Source: Syntrophales bacterium
GTDB lineage: Bacteria; Desulfobacterota; Syntrophia; Syntrophales; UBA4778
Assembly: GCA_963665615.2 (NCBI GenBank)
Contig: CAXXQE010000006.1
Location: forward strand, 186,001-250,000
Length of the DNA stretch: 64,000 nt
Reading direction: 5' to 3'
Positions 49,925 through 58,580 of this stretch are shown here, one piece after another; the stretch's first letter is position 1, and the number at the start of each line of letters is the position of its first letter. The notes beneath the pieces are model-generated. The model was not told the origin of the DNA, ran no database searches, and saw only the letters and a program-made list of their open reading frames with translations. The translations under genes and the position numbers were made by a program.

Positions 49925-51050
49925 TTAATCCAGACGCTTGCGGAATCGCTTCACGGCGGCCGTAAAGACGACAATCCCCATGATCGCCAGCGCGGCGTAT
50001 TGCGGCCACATCACCCGCAGCCCCACGCCCTTGAGAAAGATCCCCCGGATGATCTCCAGAAAATACATCATGGGATTGACATACGCGAGCCAGCGCAGCG
50101 CCATGGGCATGTTCTCGATCGGGAAGACCATGCCGCTGAACATGAAGAAGGGGAGGATAAAGAAAAACGTCGTCATCATGGCCTGCTGCTGCGTCCGGGA
50201 GAGCGTCGAAATGAAAAGGCCGACGCCCCAGCGTGCTGAGCAAGAACAGACACGCCGCGAAAACGAGCAATGCCACACTGCCGACCAGGGGGATCTCGAA
50301 CCAGTACATGGCGAAGAGCGTCACCATCGGCAGCTGGATCATCGAAATGAGCGCGTAGGGGATGGTCTTCCCCAGGATCAACTCTGCGGGCTTGAGCGGC
50401 GTCACGATGAGCTGTTCCATCGTGCCCGATTCCCGCTCCCGGACGATCGCCATCGAGGTGAACAAAAGCGAGATCAGCATGATGACGAAGGCCACGATTC
50501 CGGGAACATAATAGTAGCGGCTTTCGATGTTGGGGTTGTACCACATCCGGATGCGCGCATCGATTCGGCCGTAGGACAGCTCCTCCGGGTACAGTTCCCT
50601 CATCAAGTCTGCATTGAGCCGCTCGAGAATTGCGCTGGCGTATGCCAGCCGCGTGGAGGCCATGTTGCTCATCGAGCCGTCCACAATGACCTGCACACTC
50701 GCCGTGTCGCCCTTGCGGATGCGGCTGGAAAAATCCGGGGGAATCTTGATGGCCAGATCGATCTTGCCTCTGAGCAGCTGTTCCTCCAAGTCCCGCGGCG
50801 ACGCAGCTATGGCCGTGATGTTGAAGGTATGCGTGGCATCGAAGCGGTCAAAGACGAGCCGGCTTTCTCGCGTCCGCGCCTGGTCCAACAGCCCCACCCG
50901 GACATCACGCACATCGGTCGTGAGCACGTAGCCGAAAATCAGGAGCTGCACGAACGGCACGACAATCAACAGCGGGCGGGTCCGGCGGTCGCGAAAGAGC
51001 TGGATGAATTCCTTACGGATGACCTCTCGAATGCGGGTTCGGCTCAGCAT
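49925..51050 (-). CDS. ABC-2 permease (YbhR-like), apparent +1 frameshift at ~50226-50229
   Basis: KEFIQLFRD, VRERESGTMEQL, FSG..FPIENMP; removing one G joins the two ORFs. Confidence 0.85.
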
Positions 51051-52185
51051 TACATCCCCTCCCTTCGGAGCAGCCTGACCGTCAAGAGGGCTCAAAACGA
51101 GAAACATGGCAGTGAGCATGGCCAGACTCTGCCAGAGGTAGTCGAACCCCACGCCCCGCATGAAGACGCCCTTGAGAATCCGGATATAATACGTCGCCGG
51201 TACGACACTGCTGATGCCCTGCAAGACCTTCGGCATTTCCTCCACAGGAAAGACGAAATCAGAGATGAGCAGCGATGGCAGATATGTCACCAGAACGGCG
51301 ATCTGATTGGCGACCAGCTGGGACTTTGTTGCGATAGAAATAAAGAAACCCAGGGTGATGGCGACCAGGAGGTAGAGCGACGAACCGAGCAGCATCAACC
51401 AGAAGCTCGATTTCATGACAATTCCGAAGAGCCCCTGTGCCATGAGCACGGCAACCAGTGTATCGATCAATCCGATGAAAAAATAGGGAATCGCCTTGCC
51501 GACCAGGAGCTCCGTACCAGTGAGCGGCAGGGGACAGGAGCGTCTCCATCGTACCGTTCTCGAATTCCCTTGCAATGACCAGAGAGGTCAGCATGGCGCC
51601 CGCGATCATGATGATGACGGCAATTTCGCCGGGCACGACGAGATTGCGGCTCTCCAGATCCTCGTTGAACCAGATCCGCATCCGCGCATCGATGGCCGGA
51701 CGGACCGGCGCCAGCCCCTGACGCTCGACAAACCGGATGAACGCCTTGCGATTGTATACCTCCATAAAGGCCGTCACATAGGCGCGAGCAATGGCCGCGG
51801 AATTGGCGTTGCTGCCGTCGAAGAGCACCTGGATCGGCGCCTCCCGGTCGGCCCGCATGTCCTGCGACCAGCGCGGCGGGATCGTGATCGCCAGCATGGC
51901 CCGGCCGTCGTCCAGGTACGCCGTCACATCGCGCTCGCTCGAGACCTGACCGATCACGTCGAAATACTCTGAGGCGTCGAGCTGACGGGTCAGATCCCGG
52001 CTCAAGTCCGTCCGGTCGTGGTCGAGTACGACCGTGCGGATATTGTTGACATCGAGGCTCAGGGCATAACCGAAGATGAAGATCAAAAACAGCGGAATGA
52101 AGAAGGCGAGGAAAAGACTCCGCACATCCCTTATCAGATGGTAGTATTCTTTTCGTGCTACGGCTTTGACGTTGGTCAGTTTCAT
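51050..52185 (-). CDS. ABC-2 permease (YbhS-like), apparent +1 frameshifts at ~51530-51533 and ~51088-51090
   Basis: KEYYHLIRD and AREFENGTMETL. Removing one C at each site gives a full permease ending LLRREGM*, with a TAATG overlap into the next gene. Confidence 0.82.
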
Positions 52186-52191
52186 TGTTTT

Positions 52192-52953
52192 TCAGCTGCC
52201 CGCCCCAGTCATGAGCTTGATAAACACTTCATTCAACGTCGCCTCCGGCCTGTCCGGAAAAGTCTCCCGCGCAATATCCTCTGGCCGGCCGATTGACACG
52301 ATCCGACCCGCGTTGATCAGGACGATCCGACCGCAGTGGCGCGCCTCGTCCATGTAATGCGTCGTTACAAAGATGGTCATCCCGCCGTCTGCGAGCCGGC
52401 GGATAAAATCCCAGAAGTGGCGGCGGGTGATCGGATCGACGCCGGAGGTTGGCTCGTCAAGAAAAAGGATGTCGGGCCGGTGCAGCAGCGCACAGCCCAG
52501 GGCCAGGCGCTGTCGCCAGCCAGGCGGCAGGTCGCGGGTAACCCGGTTGCGAACCGCCTGAAGCCGCGTCAGCGTCAACCCCCAGTTGATCCGCTCCTCC
52601 CACTGGGCGGGATCGACATTATAGATCCCGAGATAAAAGCGCAGGTTTTCATAGGGCGTCAGATCGTCGTAAAGGGAGAATTTCTGCGACATGTAACCGA
52701 TCGTGGCCTTGATGGCCTCCGATTCGGTGAAGATGTCATAGCCAGCCACCTGGCCGAACCCCGATGTCGGGGTCAGCAGGCCGCAGAGCATCCGGATCGT
52801 CGTGGACTTGCCCGATCCGTTGGGACCTAGAAAACCGAAGATCTCACCTTTACGGACCGAGAACGACACGCGGTCGACTGCCGTGAAGTCCCCGAAGGTT
52901 TTGACCAGGTCCCGGGTGACAACGACATCAGAGATCGAATCGCTCATCGACAA
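52192..52953 (-). CDS. ABC transporter ATP-binding protein
   Basis: GPNGSGKST, LDEPTSGVD, TTH; degenerate signature LPPG. Confidence 0.93.
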   Translation of the reverse strand: MSMSDSISDVVVTRDLVKTFGDFTAVDRVSFSVRKGEIFGFLGPNGSGKSTTIRMLCGLLTPTSGFGQVAGYDIFTESEAIKATIGYMSQKFSLYDDLTPYENLRFYLGIYNVDPAQWEERINWGLTLTRLQAVRNRVTRDLPPGWRQRLALGCALLHRPDILFLDEPTSGVDPITRRHFWDFIRRLADGGMTIFVTTHYMDEARHCGRIVLINAGRIVSIGRPEDIARETFPDRPEATLNEVFIKLMTGAGS

Positions 52954-53734
52954 GCCCCCTGTCCACCTCCTCGATCCGCCGGATCATCGCCTCCTCCAGA
53001 TCCGGCGCTGTCGCCCGCAACTCTGACGGCGTGGCGGCTACCAGAAGTCGTCCGCAGTGCATGATCCCCACCCGATCGCAGTGCTCCCCTTCATCGAGAT
53101 AGGCGGTCGACACCACGATACTCATCCCCTCGCGCCGCATATCCTTGAGCATTTCCCAGAACTCCTGACGGGAGACGGGATCGACGCCGTTGGTGGGCTC
53201 GTCCAGGATGAGGAGGGCCGGCTGATGCACCAGGACACAGGCCAGCCCGAGCTTCTGCTTCATCCCGCCGGAGAGATTCCCTGCCAGCCGGTCCAGAAAG
53301 GGCAGCAGATTGGAAAAGCCCAGGTATCGCTCGGTGCGGCGCTTTCGCTCGCTGCCGGTAATGCCGAAGATATCCATGAAGAAGTTGATGTTCTCCGAAA
53401 CGGTGAGATCCTGATAGAGTCCGAAGCGCTGGGGCATGTAACCGATGAGAGGTTTGATCCGGTTTCGCGTCTTGACGACATCGTAGCCGTCGATGCGGAT
53501 GTGTCCTGACGACGGTTTGATCATGGTGGCGGCCATACGAAGGAAAGTAGATTTGCCCGCGCCGTCCGATCCGAGCAGACCGAAGATGGCGCCGCGCCCC
53601 ACCTGCAGGGACAGGGCATCGACCGCCAGCACATCGCCGAAGCGCTTCGACACCGCCTCGGCCACAAGGATCGGGTGATCCGCGGCGGCCGACGCGGAGG
53701 AGATCGTCTCGGAAGGCTCAGCGTAACCAGGCAT
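52928..53734 (-). CDS. ABC transporter ATP-binding protein
   Basis: GSDGAGKST, LSGGMKQK, LDEPTNGVD. Confidence 0.93.
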   Translation of the reverse strand: MPGYAEPSETISSASAAADHPILVAEAVSKRFGDVLAVDALSLQVGRGAIFGLLGSDGAGKSTFLRMAATMIKPSSGHIRIDGYDVVKTRNRIKPLIGYMPQRFGLYQDLTVSENINFFMDIFGITGSERKRRTERYLGFSNLLPFLDRLAGNLSGGMKQKLGLACVLVHQPALLILDEPTNGVDPVSRQEFWEMLKDMRREGMSIVVSTAYLDEGEHCDRVGIMHCGRLLVAATPSELRATAPDLEEAMIRRIEEVDRGLVDERFDL

Positions 53735-54731
53735 CGGCCGGCATCCCCGATTTCAGTTCGAGATCCGGGTTGGGAACCAGGACCTCCACGAGATAGACCA
53801 GTTTCACCCGCTCTTTATGGGTCTGGATGATCTTCGGCGTGAACTCCCCTTCAGGAGAAATAAAGGAAACCGCGCCGCGGTAACGCTTGTCCGGAAAGGT
53901 ATCCGTCCGAACCTCCACTGCCTGGCCTGTCTTGACGCGGCCGATCTCCGTCTCCCCGACAAAGATCTTCAATTTCACCGTTGACAGATCCGAGAGGGTC
54001 AGGACCTGACGCGCGGGCGTCATCACCTCGCCGGGCTCCACGTTGCGACTGACGATGGTCCCCTTGTAAGGCGCCAAAAGCCGGCAGTAGCGCACCTGAA
54101 TCTCGGCCTGTTTGAGGGTCGCCTCAGCCGACTTAACCTGCGCTCGGGCAGCGGCGATTTCCTTTTCAAGGGCGTCTATCTGCCCGAGCCTGCTTTTCGC
54201 CTGATTGAGCGCTGCAGCAGCCTCCTGCATGCGTGCGGCTTCCGTATCATACCGGAGGCGGACCGCATCCCAGTCTTTCTCCGCGACGATCTCGTCCTTG
54301 AAGAGTTGCAGGTAACGAATGCGGTCTTTGTCGGCCTGGTCGAGCGAGGCTTTCGCCGAGGCCACGCCCGCTTCCGCGCGGATGACATCGGCAGGCAATG
54401 TCTTTTTGAGGACGGCGAGATTGGCCTCGAGCTGGGCCTCGCTCCGTCCGGCCTTCTCCAGGTTCGCCCCGGCCTGCTCGAACTGCGCCTGATAGACGGC
54501 GGGATCGAGCTCCGCGAGCAGCTGCCCCTTCTCCACCCCCTGTCCTTCCTTGACGTGAACCACGGCCACCCTGCCGCTCACCTGAAAGGCCAACTGGGAA
54601 TCGGTTGACTCGATCGTCCCCGAGTAGTAGAGTTCCCCGTCCTTATGACGATGCTGTCCCATGTAAACCAGCGCGCCGACACCAACCAGCAGCACAAGAA
54701 AGACGACGATGATGAGTCTCTTCTTTTTCAT
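53718..54731 (-). CDS. HlyD-family efflux periplasmic adaptor (YbhG-like)
   Basis: N-terminal TM, lipoyl halves, coiled coil, EFTPK..QT and LKSGMPA. Confidence 0.92.
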   Translation of the reverse strand: MKKKRLIIVVFLVLLVGVGALVYMGQHRHKDGELYYSGTIESTDSQLAFQVSGRVAVVHVKEGQGVEKGQLLAELDPAVYQAQFEQAGANLEKAGRSEAQLEANLAVLKKTLPADVIRAEAGVASAKASLDQADKDRIRYLQLFKDEIVAEKDWDAVRLRYDTEAARMQEAAAALNQAKSRLGQIDALEKEIAAARAQVKSAEATLKQAEIQVRYCRLLAPYKGTIVSRNVEPGEVMTPARQVLTLSDLSTVKLKIFVGETEIGRVKTGQAVEVRTDTFPDKRYRGAVSFISPEGEFTPKIIQTHKERVKLVYLVEVLVPNPDLELKSGMPADAWLR

Positions 54732-54949
54732 CTCGACCTCAACCGGATTGTGATATGGACACTGCGCCACTCCGCCTTTGCTTTCCTATCCACTAACCTT
54801 CGTGAACGATTCTTGTCAACCCTTTTTACATCTTTTCATTCCCCTTTGAGACGATTTCTGATAGGAAGAAAAACGACCCGCAGCCGTCCGCATTTCTCCG
54901 CCTTAATCTGTCGAGGCGCCGGGGCATTAAAACACACGGGGGAGCAACC

Positions 54950-55375
54950 ATGGAAAAAGTCTTTGAAGCGATTCGGCAAAAAGTGGCCGATGAGCCGTAT
55001 GCAAAGATGCTCGGTCTGGAACTGGCGGAGATCAAAACAGGATATGCCCTGGTACGGATGGCCTATACCGAAGCCATCGAAAACATCTTCGGGATGGCTC
55101 ACGGCGGAGCCATTTACTCATTGATCGACGAGGCCTTCGAGGTCGCCTGTAACTCCCACGGCATCGTGTCACTGGCCCTCGGCGTGAGCGTGCAGTATCT
55201 GAAAGCCGCCACGCGCGGCGATATGCTTCAGGCCGAGGCCAACGAAGTGACTCGCTCCGCGCGGATCAGCCACTACGACATCGCGGTGCGAAACCAGAAC
55301 GGGGATCTCATCGCGACATGCAAGGCAATGGCGTATCGGAAGAAAGATCCCCTCCCCTTCCTCGCTGGCTGTTGA
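54950..55375 (+). CDS. PaaI-family thioesterase
   Basis: N.FGMAHGGAIYSLIDEAF..ACNS hotdog motif. Confidence 0.9.
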   Translation: MEKVFEAIRQKVADEPYAKMLGLELAEIKTGYALVRMAYTEAIENIFGMAHGGAIYSLIDEAFEVACNSHGIVSLALGVSVQYLKAATRGDMLQAEANEVTRSARISHYDIAVRNQNGDLIATCKAMAYRKKDPLPFLAGC

Positions 55376-55520
55376 CCGGCAGCGCATTCCCGTACGGGAG
55401 GCGCAATGATCTCATGAAAAATTCCTTCCCGGAAAAAGCCGCTGGCTTTACAAACGGCTCATTTGCGTTGCCTGTCCTCGCGTAGGCGGGGATTGCGCTG
55501 CGGACGGGAAGGCACACGTA

Positions 55521-55638
55521 TTGAAGACTCACCGGAGCAACCTCCGGCGAATCTCCGATTCCCAAGGTAGATGATTTGTCCTGATTCGCTCGCTTACCCC
55601 GCCGCAAGCAGCGGGAAATGCGCTCGCTAAAGAATTCA
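55521..55638 (+). repeat. 118-bp twin-hairpin repeat, copy 10 (contains toxin stop codon)
   Basis: TTGAAGACTCACCGGAGCAACCTCCGGCGAATCTCCGATTCCCAAGG...GAATTCA. Confidence 0.92.
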
Positions 55639-55986
55639 TACTTCCCGAGGTTCCGTAATCAACCTGATTCCTTCAAGGACCTCTGCCATCCTCTTTTCAG
55701 ACACGTTGCCGATCTTGTCGACCAGGTCGGACTTGTTGACAGTGAAGATCTGGGAGATATTGACCACGCTTTTCTTGGGGAGATGGGCCTCGCCTTTGTT
55801 CAGCAGGACATTGCCGGGCGCCTTGGCACGGTCGAGGTTCGACGTGAGGGCGCACACGACAACTGTATCGATGCGACTGGCGTTGTAGACATTGTTCTGA
55901 ATGACGATGTGCGGATGGCGATACCTAGGTTCCGAGCCTTCGGGGTCGTAAAGATCGATCCAGTAGATTTCCCCCTGCCTCACCAT
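55636..55986 (-). CDS. PemK/MazF-family toxin
   Basis: QGEIYWIDL..P.GSEP..RHP..VIQNN.YN.S; overlaps the antitoxin stop. Confidence 0.93.
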   Translation of the reverse strand: MVRQGEIYWIDLYDPEGSEPRYRHPHIVIQNNVYNASRIDTVVVCALTSNLDRAKAPGNVLLNKGEAHLPKKSVVNISQIFTVNKSDLVDKIGNVSEKRMAEVLEGIRLITEPREV

Positions 55987-56240
55987 GATTCTTTACCGAT
56001 GACCCTGGCGTGCTTGGCGCGCCTGGCCTTCGCGAACCGCTTCTCCTGCTCGGTTGCAGGACCCGCCTCGTATGCCTCGTTCAGTCGTTCAAGCAGAAGT
56101 TGATTTTCCTGCTTTTTTAAAAAGTTTTCCATGGCGAGGGTAAAAACCCTGCTGCGGGACACATGCAGATCGCCGGCTAATCGATCGACTTTGACCAGCA
56201 GATCTTCATCCAGCGAAATGGCCGCCTTTACACCCGGCAT
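55980..56240 (-). CDS. Ribbon-helix-helix antitoxin (ChpI/CopG-like)
   Basis: KAAISLDEDL...VSRSRVF..A; directly upstream of the toxin. Confidence 0.88.
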   Translation of the reverse strand: MPGVKAAISLDEDLLVKVDRLAGDLHVSRSRVFTLAMENFLKKQENQLLLERLNEAYEAGPATEQEKRFAKARRAKHARVIGKESW

Positions 56241-56276
56241 ACATCACCTCCACAGATCGGTATCTTTCTTGATAAA

Positions 56277-56305
56277 AGTATGAACATTATTCATACCAAT
56301 GTCAA
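56277..56305 (-). promoter_or_regulatory. TA promoter with overlapping palindromic operator
   Basis: TTGACA-N17-CATACT, with GTATGAA-N5-TTCATAC palindrome at 56278-56296. Confidence 0.75.
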
Positions 56306-56355
56306 TACCGATTACGCACCCGACATCCGGAACCCGAGCACGTATGTCTCACTCA

Positions 56356-56452
56356 CGGCTTGGAACACGCGCAGGCCGGTGCAAAGCTCTCTTCCTAAAA
56401 ACTCGGCGGCCAGTTGCTCGGGTTGTAGTCGACCCCCGCAGCGCTTTTCTTT
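56356..56452 (-). pseudogene. Diverged duplicate of the DUF2235 gene 3' end
   Basis: Gapless match to 58614-58710 (about 80/97 nt by hand count); encodes KKSAAGVDYNPSNWPPSF*. Confidence 0.85.
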
Positions 56453-56484
56453 CCAGAAGACTTAGGTCTTCTGGAAAGAAAAGC
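56443..56484. repeat. Perfect 19-bp inverted repeat
   Basis: GCTTTTCTTTCCAGAAGAC-TTAG-GTCTTCTGGAAAGAAAAGC. Confidence 0.9.
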
Positions 56485-56523
56485 AAGTTAACGTTGTCAA
56501 TCAACGTCCCGGATGTCGCTCAG

Positions 56524-56545
56524 CAAAAGTGTAGGCCTGATCCTT
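56524..56545 (+). repeat. Left inverted repeat of accessory cassette
   Basis: CAAAAGTGTAGGCCTGATCCTT versus reverse complement of 58174-58195, CAAAATGAAGGCCTGATCCCTT. Confidence 0.7.
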
Positions 56546-58151
56546 ATTTATTACTCTTCTTCTTATTCTTATTAGTTATTAGTCTTTCCTGTTTTTTCTC
56601 ATAGTTCCATTCTTTATCCTGGCATAAAATGCAGTCTTGGCCCTCAAACCAACGGCCTGCGGTTTTATCATTAAGAAGTTTCCAGCGAAAGAAGGCGATT
56701 GTCGGTTCCAGAAAAGGGCCGCCATCAGGATAGAAGGTCCCATGAGCACTTTCTTTATGGACCGCAAAAAAAGCCAACCCCGCAGCTTCAGAATAACTGA
56801 TATTGTGGATGAAGTCAGGCGGGTTGATCGTGTCACGGCCACCAGCCAAAAAGAGAAGGGCCGTCTTTATCTTATCCGTCGGCACAGGCGTCGTCGCAAT
56901 CAGAACCGAGGCTTTAATCTGGTTATTACCCTGGGCCGCTATCATGGTGGCGGCGCCACCGTCAGAAAGACCCGCCAAGCCGATCTCGTCCGTCTCAACC
57001 TTCTCATAGAAAAGACTGCCTTTCTCTTTTGCCATTCGCAATATAGACGGAAGCCCGTCTTGACGTCTGGGTTGTCTAGAACCGACCACGATAAAGCCCC
57101 AACTGGACAGGGCTTGCAAAAACGGCGTGGGGCTGTCACCGGACGCGTCATTGGCGAAGGCAATGACCGGCCACTTGCGAGTTTCTTTTTCCATAATGGT
57201 TGGATAGAATACGATGCCATCCCCATTCCACCGGGAAACACCAAAAGGCCCTTTCTGAGCATAATTGTGAGCCCGCGCGGCCTGCGCTTTCTTTTTCTCG
57301 ATGAGTTCTTTTACTTTTAGCGGCAGGTCGAATACATTGGCAGGCATGGCCACATTGAATTCGATGGAATCAAGAACGATGTCATACTTTTTCTGGCCGT
57401 TTTCGAAAACTGTACTTTTTCGAGCAATCAGAATATCGCCAATCTTGCTATAATCACTAAAATATGTTTCCGTCTCGATTTTTTCTCCTGCTGTTGGCTG
57501 TATCTCTTCAACGGTTTTCTCCAGAAGGCCCGTATCTTTTCGGAAGAACCAGATGACATCCGTTCCTTCCAGAGGTGTCAAAAGGACTTTGTAACAGGTT
57601 TTCCCTTTTACATCCTCGACGCCAGCGGTCTGGATATTCTTGAAAGAATACTGCCAGTTCATTAGGACTCTCAAGGGGTTATAGCGGCGCAACCGACTCG
57701 CTCGTTCTTCTCCGTCTTTGATATTGGCGCTGGTGCTGTCGGTTAGTTCCCATACAACAGTACCATCCGTTCCTTCTTCTACCTGTAAGGCTGGGGTTAC
57801 CTGGGCAATGATATCCGCCGGGGTGTTGGCATCCTGCTCTTGATCGAACGGAGCCACCTGAACTCCCGCATAAGCTTTGGCCAATGAGTAATGCTTACCT
57901 GAATTATCATCGAAAATATCGGCTATGATCGTTACGTAATATCTTCCTCCAGTTGTTTGTAAAAGAGCCCTCGCTTTTGAATTCTCTACAACTTGGCAGG
58001 CTTTAACCCCTCCGATCGCCTCAAGGTATCTTGCTACGATTTCCTGGGCGTCAGGCAGGGAACTGGAAGCCGTCGAAATTGAAATAGTCGAACTGAAAAT
58101 CGTCCCGATGAGGATGAGATATAGAAACAACCTTTTCATATGATGTTTCAC
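56544..58151 (-). CDS. Secreted fusion: LolA-like beta domain plus cutinase/chlorophyllase-like alpha/beta hydrolase
   Basis: Signal peptide. First domain AQEIVARYLEAIGG...W.F...TGLL. Second domain GPF.V, FYP, S.GFIV, GLSDGG, G..D, H. GTG start after AGGAG. Confidence 0.72.
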   Translation of the reverse strand: MKHHMKRLFLYLILIGTIFSSTISISTASSSLPDAQEIVARYLEAIGGVKACQVVENSKARALLQTTGGRYYVTIIADIFDDNSGKHYSLAKAYAGVQVAPFDQEQDANTPADIIAQVTPALQVEEGTDGTVVWELTDSTSANIKDGEERASRLRRYNPLRVLMNWQYSFKNIQTAGVEDVKGKTCYKVLLTPLEGTDVIWFFRKDTGLLEKTVEEIQPTAGEKIETETYFSDYSKIGDILIARKSTVFENGQKKYDIVLDSIEFNVAMPANVFDLPLKVKELIEKKKAQAARAHNYAQKGPFGVSRWNGDGIVFYPTIMEKETRKWPVIAFANDASGDSPTPFLQALSSWGFIVVGSRQPRRQDGLPSILRMAKEKGSLFYEKVETDEIGLAGLSDGGAATMIAAQGNNQIKASVLIATTPVPTDKIKTALLFLAGGRDTINPPDFIHNISYSEAAGLAFFAVHKESAHGTFYPDGGPFLEPTIAFFRWKLLNDKTAGRWFEGQDCILCQDKEWNYEKKQERLITNKNKKKSNK

Positions 58152-58173
58152 TTTAATCTCCTTTCGAAAGACC

Positions 58174-58195
58174 AAGGGATCAGGCCTTCATTTTG
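58174..58195 (-). repeat. Right inverted repeat of accessory cassette
   Basis: AAGGGATCAGGCCTTCATTTTG; a related GGTCAGGCCTGCAC lies at ~58541-58554. Confidence 0.7.
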
Positions 58196-58342
58196 ATTCG
58201 TCTCCTAATTTCTGAAAAAATAAGGAGTGCGCCATAAACAATGCCGCTACCACCAACAATAAGAATGGCCCTTCTGTTAACAATGAATTCCCTAATCCTA
58301 GCCTGAAATATTATTTATATTTATCAAGAGCCTTGCGAGATC

Positions 58343-58537
58343 TAGCAGGCTGTTGATAAACTCTTCAATGTTGTGTCATTGCGCCTGTCCCGATGCTGTA
58401 GCGGGGAGGAGCGTCAGCGACGTGGCAATCTCTAACCTATTGATTGCTCGAATACGGGGATTGCTTCACTTCGTTCCCCGACGACTACCTCGGGACAAGC
58501 GCAATGACGCGAAAAATAGTTTTTCAAGAGCCTGCTA
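58343..58537 (-). mobile_element. MITE-like element with terminal inverted repeats, internal palindrome and IHF site, copy B
   Basis: TAGCAGGCTGTTGATAAA...TTTTTCAAGAGCCTGCTA ends; GTCATTGCG...CGCAATGAC core; TAACCTATTGATT at 58433-58445. Confidence 0.8.
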
Positions 58538-58580
58538 AAGGTCAGGCCTGCACTCTTGACAGTTCATCCGCAGCAATTCA

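Noticed and set aside
48668..51533. Programmed ribosomal frameshifting or phase variation
   Set aside because: The runs are only 3-4 nt with no slippery heptamer or stimulator. Clustering fits sequencing error better.
49881..51575. 564-aa ORF read as a fused double permease
   Set aside because: It is a by-product of three +1 frameshifts. Correcting them gives two normal permeases with a TAATG overlap.
49938..51578. Long plus-strand ORF (546 aa)
   Set aside because: Antisense shadow of the GC-rich permease genes; no recognisable motifs.
2434..55638. CRISPR array or integron attC interpretation of the repeats
   Set aside because: The copies are dispersed, in both orientations and not regularly spaced. 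There are no cas or integrase genes and no RYYYAAC/GTTRRRY ends.
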